Of a stretch of DNA of 32,000 nt, positions 24,907 through 32,000 are shown in pieces. Under the pieces are notes generated by a model, which made no database searches, was not told the origin of the DNA, and was given only the letters and a program-made list of their open reading frames with translations. The position numbers were made by a program, and so were the translations under genes. The stretch spans positions 1 through 32,000 of the forward strand of contig JACPWU010000009.1 in the NCBI GenBank assembly GCA_016196885.1, written 5' to 3'. Source of the stretch: Chlamydiota bacterium. GTDB lineage: Bacteria; Auribacterota; JACPWU01. Position 1 is the first letter of the stretch. Each line of letters starts with the position of its first letter.

Positions 24907-24949
24907 CAAATGAATGATTTATGACATCGGCACATCGTTTTCGGCACAT
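24871..24949. terminator. octad-periodic inverted repeat (ATGTGCCA words) between convergent folC and rnc; putative bidirectional terminator
   Basis: The left arm is atgtgcca acgtcata atgtgcca atgtgcca atgacaaa (24871-24910). The right arm is tgacatcggcacatcgttttcggcacat (24922-24949). It is followed by T5 on the plus strand and T4 on the minus strand. The A.C mismatches on the plus strand become G.U on the minus strand. Confidence 0.6.
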
Positions 24950-24951
24950 TT

Positions 24952-25860
24952 TTATTTCTCTTCCAAAATTTTTTCATACGCTGCCTTCGCGGCATTCTTC
25001 TCTGCTTCTTTCTTGCTGGGGCCAGAACCGTGGCCGTACACCTCTCCCTTGATGGTGACCGTGGCCTCAAAATGTTTTTTATGATCCGGGCCTGTTTCAG
25101 AGATGATGGCGTAAACAGGATTGCTTTTGTGCTTGATATGAGAGACTTCCTGCAAAAGATTTTTGTATTCCTTCGTGTGGATTTCATGCGGAAGTTTTTT
25201 GAGCAATCCTTTGAATTGTGAGAGGATAAATTTTCGAGCAGAGCGTATTCCGCCGTCCAGATAAATCGCCCCCATCAGGCTTTCAAAGGCATTCGCCAAG
25301 ATCGAATCACGGCTGCGCCCTCCAGAGGCTTCTTCTCCTTTGCTTAAGAATAAATATTTGCCCAGGTCGATGTCTCGAGCCAGGATGGCCAAGGTTTCTC
25401 TTCGGATGAGCATGGATTTAATGATCGAGAGCTCACCCTCCTGATAGGTTTCAAACTTTCTGAAGAGAACGTCGGTGATCACCAATCCTAGAACAGAATC
25501 TCCCAAGAACTCGAGCCGCTCGTTGTCTTTGACATCCATTTTTTGGCCATCATAGACAAAGGATTTGTGGCAAAGGGCCTCGTAGGCAAGATGTTTATGC
25601 TTGAAGGGATGACGAATCAATTTTTCAAGTTTGGCGAGCAATTTTTCTTCGCTTTTTGTTTTCACGCTAAAGTACTTTACCAAATTGAAGGGGGTGGATT
25701 CAAGAGATGGTGAAATATTGTGTGTTCCCTCCCAAATTTGATACACTTCACATGATTGTGAGAATGAGGAAGCTATGTTTTCAAAAAGCCTCTTGATAGG
25801 GTTGATTTCCTTCTTTGCTATTACCTCCCTTTTTTCAGAGTCGCCTCTTGTGTATCGCAT
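24952..25860 (-). CDS. rnc: ribonuclease III (start uncertain: ATG 25860 or GTG 25665)
   Basis: ERLEFLGDSVL signature and a C-terminal dsRBD (FEATVTIKGEVYGHGSGPSKKEAEKNAAKAA). The 302-aa reading carries a ~65-aa N-terminal extension and overlaps the divergent tolC-like gene by 86 nt. Confidence 0.9.
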   Translation of the reverse strand: MRYTRGDSEKREVIAKKEINPIKRLFENIASSFSQSCEVYQIWEGTHNISPSLESTPFNLVKYFSVKTKSEEKLLAKLEKLIRHPFKHKHLAYEALCHKSFVYDGQKMDVKDNERLEFLGDSVLGLVITDVLFRKFETYQEGELSIIKSMLIRRETLAILARDIDLGKYLFLSKGEEASGGRSRDSILANAFESLMGAIYLDGGIRSARKFILSQFKGLLKKLPHEIHTKEYKNLLQEVSHIKHKSNPVYAIISETGPDHKKHFEATVTIKGEVYGHGSGPSKKEAEKNAAKAAYEKILEEK

Positions 25861-27058
25861 GGAAGACTTGGTCCAGCGGGCGCTTGAGAATTCCCAGGAA
25901 CTGAAGCTTTTGGACGAGGATATTCAGCGTTCTGAAAAGGAATTGAAAGTGACCAGAACCTCTTATTGGCCGCATTTGACGCTTCAGGGAAATTTGGGGG
26001 TGGATCTTTTTTCTCTGGAGGATTTTGACCCGAATCGCAACATGGGATCGGATCTTATTTTAGATTGGAATTTTTTTCAAAATGGACTGGTTTTTTATCG
26101 GGTCGAGCAGGCCAAGGCCCAGGTGGAATTAGCCCGTCTCCAAAAGAAGGCAAAAGAGATTGAACTGGCGCATCACATTCGAATTTTGATTTGTGATCTT
26201 TTGGAGAAACAAGAATCTTTGAAATTGCAAGAGGCCGAGCAGGATTTTACTCAAAAGGGGTTTGAAAAACTTCGGTTGGAATTTGATCAGGGCAATGTGC
26301 GCAGGAATGATCTTTTGAAGCACCGGATTGAAATGTATGAGAAACAAAATCTTTTGGATCAGGCTCGAAGAGAGTATGAAGCAAACTTTCAAAAGATTAA
26401 AAATGAGGCGGATGTGATTTCTGTGGAAAATATTGCTCCACCTGAAATTGAAACGGAGACTTTGCCTTATGAAAAATGTGTCCAGATGGTTTTGAAGTGT
26501 CGTGTGGAGATTCGACAGGCTGAGATTCAGTCTCAATTGACTGAGCGGGCCCTTCGGGTCTCCAAACTGGGTTTGTTGCCTCGCTTGGACCTTTTTGCTG
26601 GAAATGCGTTTGCCCTGGATGATGTGGGCCAGAATTCAGATCCCTTTCAATTTCGCACGGGGGTCATTGCCCGTTACCCCTTGTACGATGGGGGCGAGGC
26701 CCGTCTTCAAATTGTGCTTGCCCAAATGGCGGTCCGAAAGGCCCATTTTCAATTAGAGGAGGCTAAGAAAAAAGTTTTGGGGGAGTTAGAAAGTGCCTAT
26801 GGAGATTGGGAAGATGCAAAGAGGTTTTTCCAAACGGGAGAGCTTCAATATGAGGGTGTGATGCAGGAATTTGAAAAAACGCAGGGTGAGTTTAAACAGG
26901 GCCAACTTTCTCCTTATGAATGGGAGGAAAGCGAATTGAGTCTGAGAAGAGCCCAAGCGCATGCCTTAGGTTTGAGGCTAGCCGTGATTCGCAGAGAGGC
27001 TGCCTTGGCAAAAGTGATGGGACTGAAAAGTTTGGAAGAGATGGCGGATCCGCAATGA
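25775..27058 (+). CDS. TolC-family outer membrane efflux protein
   Basis: Signal peptide MFSKSLLIGLISFFAITSLFS with gaggaag upstream. Two OEP-type repeats with coiled-coil character, about 427 aa. Confidence 0.88.
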   Translation: MFSKSLLIGLISFFAITSLFSESPLVYRMEDLVQRALENSQELKLLDEDIQRSEKELKVTRTSYWPHLTLQGNLGVDLFSLEDFDPNRNMGSDLILDWNFFQNGLVFYRVEQAKAQVELARLQKKAKEIELAHHIRILICDLLEKQESLKLQEAEQDFTQKGFEKLRLEFDQGNVRRNDLLKHRIEMYEKQNLLDQARREYEANFQKIKNEADVISVENIAPPEIETETLPYEKCVQMVLKCRVEIRQAEIQSQLTERALRVSKLGLLPRLDLFAGNAFALDDVGQNSDPFQFRTGVIARYPLYDGGEARLQIVLAQMAVRKAHFQLEEAKKKVLGELESAYGDWEDAKRFFQTGELQYEGVMQEFEKTQGEFKQGQLSPYEWEESELSLRRAQAHALGLRLAVIRREAALAKVMGLKSLEEMADPQ

Positions 27059-28269
27059 CATTTCAGAAAAAATCTTGGTTTTTATGGGGGGGCATTCCTA
27101 CCTTGCTTCTCTTTTTTTCTGTGGGGGCTTGGGTGCGCTCATTCCGTGAGTCTGTGGCCCCGGAGCTAAAGGCCGTGGTCTCTCGTGGAAGTATTCGTCA
27201 GGTGATTCAGGGGGGAGGCACCTTAGAGGCAGATGAAATCAAATCCGTCCAATCGCCGCTGGAGGGAACGCTCAAAAATATTTTCGTTCACAGCGGAGAT
27301 AGAATTAGAAAGGGAAAAATTATTTTCGAAATTGGAAACGATCATTTTAAACAAGATCTCGCATTGGCTCGAGCTCAGTACGATCAAGCACTTTTGGAAT
27401 GGAAGAAAATGAAAAATCTTCCGAACGAGGCAGCGATGCTGGAGGCCAAAAATACCTTGGAGAAGGCCAAACAGGTGCTCCAAGAAACAGAAAAGGAGGT
27501 TCGAGATAAAAAAGACCTCTGTGAAAAGGGCTTTATTTCTCAAAAGGAATTAGAAGATGCGCAAAATTATTTGAGCACGGCCAAGACGGAAAAAGACATT
27601 GCCTTTTCGCGGTGGAGCGAAGTTTCAAAACCTTCCTCACAAGAGGATCGCAGCCTTAAGAAGGCAGAGCTTTCCAAGAAAAAAATGGAATTGAAAAATC
27701 TGAAGGCTCAGTGGAAGGGCCGTCGTTTCAAATCCCCGTTTAAGGCCTGGGTGGTGGATATTTCAAAGAAGGTGAATGAAGAGGTGGGTCGAGAGGATCC
27801 GATTCTAAGCTTGGTCAATTTGGAAAAACCCTTTGTGGTCAAGGGGGCACTTTACGAATCGGACGTGCATGAGGTGAGAGAAGGAGAGAAGGCCTGGATT
27901 AAAATGACGGGATCCCGTCAGAGGTTAAAGGCAGAAGTGACAGAGGTCTCCCCGATGGCGCAAAGCGTCGGGGGTGGAAGAAAATTCCCCATGAAATTGC
28001 GTGTTGATGGAAAAATTCGGGGCGTGCCTCGATTGGGTGTTGCGGTGGATTATGAAATTTTTGTTCAGGAGAAACAAAATGTTTTAACACTGCCGCTTCC
28101 TTTTGTGGTGCATGAAGAAAGTCAAAGAGGTGCCTGGGTTTTAAAGGGAGGAAAGGCTCGGTTCGTTCCTTTGGGATTGGGTCTGAGCGATGATGCAAAA
28201 ATTGAGGTGATGGGGGGAGTCAAAGAGGGAGAGGAAGTGATTTTGCCGCGAGCGAGGGTTGAGTCTTGA
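27055..28269 (+). CDS. periplasmic adaptor subunit (HlyD/MacA family)
   Basis: N-terminal TM anchor (WFLWGGIPTLLLFFSVGAW), biotinyl-lipoyl-like segment, long coiled-coil hairpin, and beta-barrel C-terminus. ATG 27055 overlaps the tolC-like stop (ATGA). The ORF-track start 26920 is inside the upstream gene. Confidence 0.88.
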   Translation: MTFQKKSWFLWGGIPTLLLFFSVGAWVRSFRESVAPELKAVVSRGSIRQVIQGGGTLEADEIKSVQSPLEGTLKNIFVHSGDRIRKGKIIFEIGNDHFKQDLALARAQYDQALLEWKKMKNLPNEAAMLEAKNTLEKAKQVLQETEKEVRDKKDLCEKGFISQKELEDAQNYLSTAKTEKDIAFSRWSEVSKPSSQEDRSLKKAELSKKKMELKNLKAQWKGRRFKSPFKAWVVDISKKVNEEVGREDPILSLVNLEKPFVVKGALYESDVHEVREGEKAWIKMTGSRQRLKAEVTEVSPMAQSVGGGRKFPMKLRVDGKIRGVPRLGVAVDYEIFVQEKQNVLTLPLPFVVHEESQRGAWVLKGGKARFVPLGLGLSDDAKIEVMGGVKEGEEVILPRARVES

Positions 28270-28281
28270 AGAAGTAACCCC

Positions 28282-28342
28282 CCTAGCCCAGCAAGGAAGG
28301 CTGCACTGCCACTGGCAGTGCAGCCTTCCTTGCTGGGCTAGG
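28282..28342. repeat. perfect 61-nt palindrome (29-bp arms, 3-nt loop), CCCAGCAAGGAAGG-family copy A
   Basis: cctagcccagcaaggaaggctgcactgcc-act-ggcagtgcagccttccttgctgggctagg. I checked the arms base by base and they are exact reverse complements. Confidence 0.9.
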
Positions 28343-28350
28343 TAAAAAAA

Positions 28351-28420
28351 CATCTACTACCGCGGTCGGCTTTGCATTGCCACTGGCAATGCAGCCTCCC
28401 TTGCTGGGTTGGGGGAGTTA
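28351..28420. repeat. CCCAGCAAGGAAGG-family copy B (module L - 9-bp hairpin - module R)
   Basis: catctactaccgcggtcggc / tttgcattgcc-act-ggcaatgcag / cctcccttgctgggttgggggagtta. It is the inverted partner of 30429-30485. Confidence 0.85.
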
Positions 28421-28440
28421 TTTCATTATCCTTGTCATTT

Positions 28441-29196
28441 ATGTCTGAAACCATAATCTTAAATTCCATTGAAAAAAAACTTGAGAGACCTCAAATCTCT
28501 TCCCCTATTCTCTGTGAATTAATCGCTGTTTCAAAAGAGTATTCACTCGATTCTGGAAATGTGATGGCTCTCAAAGACATCCATTTTCGCCTTTACGAAA
28601 AAGATTTTTTATCCATTTTAGGACCGAGTGGCTCTGGGAAAAGTACCTTGCTTCACATCCTGGGTCTTTTGTCAAATCCATCCAAAGGAAGAATTTTCTT
28701 TAAGGGACAGGATGTTTCTTGTTTGAGCGAATGGGCTTTGGCCCGATTGAGAGGCCAAAAAATCGGTTTCGTTTTCCAGGCCTTTCATTTGCTTCCCTCT
28801 CTCAATGCCTTGGAAAATGTAGCGCTTCCTCTCATCTATCAACGGGTCAGTGGGGGCCAGAGGAAGAGAAAGGCACTCGAGGCTCTTGAAAAAGTGGGGC
28901 TTGCAAGGCGTTCGCACCATTTTCCCAGGCAGTTATCAGGGGGAGAGTCTCAGCGAGTGGCAATTGCGAGGGCCTTGGTGAGTCAACCTTCTTTAATTTT
29001 GGCGGATGAGCCCACTGGAAATTTAGACACTCAGATGGGAAAAGAAATTTTGGGAATGCTCAAAATGTTGAATGAAGAAGGCAAAACGGTCGTGGTTGTG
29101 ACACATGATGTTCGGATTGCGAATGAAGCCAATCGGATTCTCTTTTTGAAAGATGGGAAAGTAGAGAGTTTGAGTTCTAGAGGTGAGGCGAGATGA
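28441..29196 (+). CDS. ABC transporter ATP-binding protein (MacB/LolD-type)
   Basis: GPSGSGKSTLL, LSGGESQRVAIARAL and ILADEPTGNLD. I placed the start at ATG 28441. The ORF-track TTG 28372 start would translate repeat B. Confidence 0.93.
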   Translation: MSETIILNSIEKKLERPQISSPILCELIAVSKEYSLDSGNVMALKDIHFRLYEKDFLSILGPSGSGKSTLLHILGLLSNPSKGRIFFKGQDVSCLSEWALARLRGQKIGFVFQAFHLLPSLNALENVALPLIYQRVSGGQRKRKALEALEKVGLARRSHHFPRQLSGGESQRVAIARALVSQPSLILADEPTGNLDTQMGKEILGMLKMLNEEGKTVVVVTHDVRIANEANRILFLKDGKVESLSSRGEAR

Positions 29197-30404
29197 AATC
29201 CCACCTGATTTTTTACGATCATTTAAAAACGGCTTTTCAAATGGTTTCGACGCATCGGCTGAGATCCCTTTTGAGTGTGGTGGGGATTGTCTTTGGGGTT
29301 TTGACCTTGATGGTGACGCTGTCTATTGGAGAGGGGACACGTCGAAAAATCATGAAGACGATTGAGGCGATGGGATCCAATTTAATTTACGTCTCTTCGC
29401 ATGCAGGGATGAGTCAGGACGCGGGTTTCGAATACATTCCATTGACTGAAGCAGAATGTCAGCGTTTCAAAGAGGTGAAAGGAATAGAGGCCTATGCCCC
29501 CATTTTAAGCTCTGCCTTTTTGATGCAGGCCTCCACCTTTCAGCAGGTCATTCCCGTGGAGGGGACGACGCCTTCTTATCAAAGGGTGAGGGATTTGGCT
29601 CTCGATCAAGGCCGGTTTCTCGCGGATGAGGATGTGTTAAAGGAATCACGCGGGGTGGTGATTGGAAAAGATCTCGCCCAATTTCTTTTTCCTTTTCAGA
29701 ATCCCTTGAACCAAAAAGTTCACCTTTGGGATGAAAGTTTTAAAGTGGTCGGCGTCCTTCAGAAAAAGGGGCGGACTTTTGGAGTGGATTTTGACCGCGA
29801 GGTTTTAATGCCTCTTTCGACTCTACAGCAAATTCAGGGAAAAAGAGGGGAGGTGCAGGGGGCTTGGATTCGGACCCCCCGCGGGGATTTGACGAAGCAG
29901 GTGATGAGACAGATGGAAATTTTACTTTCCCGTAAAGATGTAGAGATTTGGGATCAGGAGGCACTTCTTTCGAAGAAGGATCGCATCACGCGGGCCTTTA
30001 AATGGTCTTTGGGATCCATTGCCTTGGTGAGTTTATTGATAGGAGGCATCGGGGTCATGAATGTCCTTTTGGTCTCTGTGGCAGAGCGGATTCGTGAAAT
30101 GGGGCTTCGAAAGGCTGTGGGTGCGACCTCCAGAGATATTCTTTTTCAATTGATATTTGAGTCTGTCTTTTTAACTCTGACCGGGTCTTGTGTGGGCATC
30201 TTGTTGGGGCTTGTCACGGGAGATTTCATCGCCTGGCTTTTGAATACCCTGCTTCCGAGCACAGAAAAGTGGGAAGCGGTTTTTTCTTGGAGTTCAATCG
30301 GGGTTGCATTTCATTTTTCTCTATGGGTGGGACTTCTTTTTGGTCTTTATCCTGCCTGGAAGGCGTCCAGGCTGGATCCGTGTGAGGCGTTGACGTATTT
30401 TTAA
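29193..30404 (+). CDS. ABC transporter permease (MacB periplasmic core + FtsX domain)
   Basis: 403 aa. N-terminal TM helix, a ~220-aa periplasmic domain, and a C-terminal 3-TM FtsX-like module. It has an ATGA overlap with the ATPase gene. Confidence 0.92.
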   Translation: MKSHLIFYDHLKTAFQMVSTHRLRSLLSVVGIVFGVLTLMVTLSIGEGTRRKIMKTIEAMGSNLIYVSSHAGMSQDAGFEYIPLTEAECQRFKEVKGIEAYAPILSSAFLMQASTFQQVIPVEGTTPSYQRVRDLALDQGRFLADEDVLKESRGVVIGKDLAQFLFPFQNPLNQKVHLWDESFKVVGVLQKKGRTFGVDFDREVLMPLSTLQQIQGKRGEVQGAWIRTPRGDLTKQVMRQMEILLSRKDVEIWDQEALLSKKDRITRAFKWSLGSIALVSLLIGGIGVMNVLLVSVAERIREMGLRKAVGATSRDILFQLIFESVFLTLTGSCVGILLGLVTGDFIAWLLNTLLPSTEKWEAVFSWSSIGVAFHFSLWVGLLFGLYPAWKASRLDPCEALTYF

Positions 30405-30428
30405 AGTAATGGGTCCTGTCCCTCCTCA

Positions 30429-30485
30429 CCCAGCAAGGAAGGCGTTTCTTCCAGTGGAAGAAACAGCCGACCGCGGTAGTAGATG
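30429..30485. repeat. CCCAGCAAGGAAGG-family copy C (module R' - 9-bp hairpin - module L'), inverted relative to copy B
   Basis: cccagcaaggaagg / cgtttcttcc-agt-ggaagaaaca / gccgaccgcggtagtagatg. L' is the 20/20 reverse complement of 28351-28370, and R' is 13/14 to the complement of 28395-28408. Confidence 0.85.
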
Positions 30486-30607
30486 TTGTTTTCCATTTAA
30501 CGGTCGACGGCATCGGTCTCGAAATAGTTTTTGATCATGATTCTTGGCGTAAGTCTCGACCTGCTGGCGCTCGATGGGGGACCCCCAGTCGGGCCACCCA
30601 CTACTTT

Positions 30608-31675
30608 TCATCGTTTCGCCATTTGCCTTCTAAAATTTTGAAAGTCCTTCTCCAGTTGCTCAGGGGTTGTCCTTAAATTTCTCGCCAAGATTGCGATTTG
30701 AGTGCTTTCCTCTGGGTGGTTCTGGACCTGTTTCAAAAATTGATAGAAGCCGGTTTGTCGGGGCGATTGCATGAGATAATAAATGAGACACCAGGAGGTG
30801 GCATAGGCATCGAGGGCCTGGTTTTCATTCAGACCGAGGAAACTTCGAATGCTCATCAATTCTGAAACCTTCATGGGTGGAAGGTAGGCCAGGAGAAGCA
30901 TGTACTGGCGATGGGGAAGACCGATTTGCGCCTTTTCACAATAGACCGCCCAGCCTTCCAGAAGCCAGCTCGCCACATTTTTCGGGAGGATGTTGTATTG
31001 TGCCGAAAGTTGATGGGTCGCTTCATGGCGCATGAGGCTGAGGGTCTGGTCCATTTGGCCTGTCAAAGTCGGCAGGAGAATTTCTTGGTAGCGAAAAGGG
31101 ATTTTGACATGGGCGAGGGGAGAGGTGCTTTTCGTGATGTCGAGCGCATTGTAGAGATAAAGCCGGTGGTCTTTGAAGTTGTAGAAACCGCAGACCCACT
31201 CAGGGACACGGTTTTTTCGGCGGAATTCCTGAAAGGTTTTTTCAGAATCAAAAAAAACCACTTGAAGACCCAACCCGCGTTGGCCAGAAAGAAGCATGGA
31301 AAAGGTGCCTCGAAATTGAGTTTCAAAGGAGAGTAAGGTTTGAAGTGCATTCTGAAAGGCGAAGGATTTTTTTTCCGTGAGAATGGAATAAACAGGAGTT
31401 TTTACAAAAGTGAAGGATGGAAAGTCTTGTTTAAATTCAACATCTTCTAGGGAGATAAATTTTTCAGCTACCTGGGCCTCCATCGCCAATCCATGGCGCA
31501 GTTGAAGTGTCTTTTCATCCCAGGTTTGGGAGGTAGGATGGGAGGGGATGACAGATTTTTTGAAAGCGACTTGTAAGCTACGTGTGGAAGATTCTTCTTT
31601 TTTTCTGTTTTCGAAGAAGAGGCCTGTTCCTACGATAACAGCTATTAAAGTGGTTAGCCTCAATAAAGTTTTCAC
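30608..31675 (-). CDS. secreted/anchored DUF1570-like putative metallopeptidase-fold protein
   Basis: N-terminal hydrophobic anchor (LRLTTLIAVIVGTGLFF) and an HEATHQ motif in MRHEATHQLSAQ, as in DUF1570/peptidase-MA-like proteins. Confidence 0.75.
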   Translation of the reverse strand: MKTLLRLTTLIAVIVGTGLFFENRKKEESSTRSLQVAFKKSVIPSHPTSQTWDEKTLQLRHGLAMEAQVAEKFISLEDVEFKQDFPSFTFVKTPVYSILTEKKSFAFQNALQTLLSFETQFRGTFSMLLSGQRGLGLQVVFFDSEKTFQEFRRKNRVPEWVCGFYNFKDHRLYLYNALDITKSTSPLAHVKIPFRYQEILLPTLTGQMDQTLSLMRHEATHQLSAQYNILPKNVASWLLEGWAVYCEKAQIGLPHRQYMLLLAYLPPMKVSELMSIRSFLGLNENQALDAYATSWCLIYYLMQSPRQTGFYQFLKQVQNHPEESTQIAILARNLRTTPEQLEKDFQNFRRQMAKR

Positions 31676-31750
31676 TTTAATTTCATTTTAGCACATTTTT
31701 TTTGATAAAATTGAAAACAGACAGAAATATTCATAACCTTATGATGTTTT

Positions 31751-31823
31751 CATCCTGAGGAGTGGAACGACGAAGGGTCTTGATTGAAAAACAAGATCCT
31801 TCGTCGCTGCGGCTCTCAGGATG
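31751..31823 (+). promoter_or_regulatory. 32-nt-arm hairpin in the leader of the glutamate dehydrogenase gene
   Basis: catcctgaggagtggaacgacgaagggtcttg (31751-31782) pairs with caagatccttcgtcgctgcggctctcaggatg (31792-31823). The structure is a 9-bp stem, a 7x7 internal loop, and a ~16-bp stem with one G.U and one A.C. It ends 2 nt before the aggag SD (31826-31830). Confidence 0.55.
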
Positions 31824-31841
31824 ACAGGAGACGGGCGGAAC

Positions 31842-32000
31842 ATGGACGCTTTTGAAACGACAAATATTTATTTCCACCGTGCTGCAGATCTTTTGGGTTT
31901 GAATGAAAGGGTTCGTACCCTCCTTCTCAATCCTTCCCGTGAGGTGAAGGTTTCCATTCCCATTGAGCGCGAGGACGGGACCCTGGCCCATTTTGTGGGT
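31842..32000 (+). CDS. Glu/Leu/Phe/Val-family (glutamate) dehydrogenase, N-terminal 53 codons; continues past the window
   Basis: MDAFETTNIYFHRAADLLGLNERVRTLLLNPSREVKVSIPIEREDGTLAHFVG matches the conserved GDH N-terminus (...A...L.L......L..P.RE..V..P...DDG....F.G). aggag lies 11 nt upstream. Confidence 0.8.
   Translation, partial: MDAFETTNIYFHRAADLLGLNERVRTLLLNPSREVKVSIPIEREDGTLAHFVG

Noticed and set aside
26920-27054. 45-codon N-terminal extension of the adaptor ORF.
   Set aside because: It lies inside the tolC-like gene in another frame. ATG 27055 gives the ATGA coupling and a normal TM-anchored N-terminus.
28372-28440. 23-codon N-terminal extension of the ABC ATPase ORF (MHCHWQCSLPCWVGG...), and the small ORFs 28141..28353(-) and 30226..30513(-).
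   Set aside because: These are encoded by repeats A, B and C, and the Cys/Trp-rich peptides are artefacts of translating the palindromes.
28282-30485. Integron attC sites or a CRISPR array as an explanation for the repeated hairpins.
   Set aside because: There are no RYYYAAC/GTTRRRY core sites and no integrase nearby. The periodic hairpins differ in sequence between loci and are not regularly spaced repeat-spacer units, so they are not CRISPR.
31731-31991. 86-aa minus-strand ORF.
   Set aside because: It is antisense to the clearly recognisable glutamate dehydrogenase N-terminus and runs through the leader hairpin.

Overview
Gene-dense, almost entirely housekeeping stretch of a diderm bacterial chromosome (it has a TolC-type gene, RNase Y and GatCAB). 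I cannot place the lineage by eye, and GC looks mid-40s. Gene order: two gene stumps | candidate 6S RNA | rarA, 5-formyl-THF cyclo-ligase, rny | xseA ... xseB, dxs, tlyA | msrA >< ZAS anti-sigma/ECF sigma | mfd, SurA-like PPIase, pdxA, [inserted DUF4143 AAA ATPase], rsmA, gatCAB, accD, folC >< rnc | tolC-like, MacA-like adaptor, ABC ATPase, MacB/FtsX permease >< DUF1570 protein | start of a glutamate dehydrogenase. I found no defence island, prophage, CRISPR array, tRNA or rRNA. The unusual content is in the non-coding DNA. (1) Nearly every operon junction carries a long hairpin whose arms are degenerate tandem 7- or 8-nt repeats. The words differ between loci, but three word-families each occur twice. 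The arms run over stop codons and abut start codons. (2) Two identical GTAG-headed REP doublets (REPIN-like) are present; one is nested inside two larger palindromes and the other splits xseA from xseB. (3) A third structured repeat family (CCCAGCAAGGAAGG-hairpin-...) has three copies: one is a perfect 61-nt palindrome, and two lie in inverted orientation around the ABC ATPase/permease pair with fully compensatory stem changes. Also notable are a DUF4143 ATPase-nuclease gene inserted into the conserved surA-pdxA-rsmA block with its own palindromic operator, and a decayed paralogue at the window start. All functional readings of the repeats are inference; only the sequence patterns are observed.
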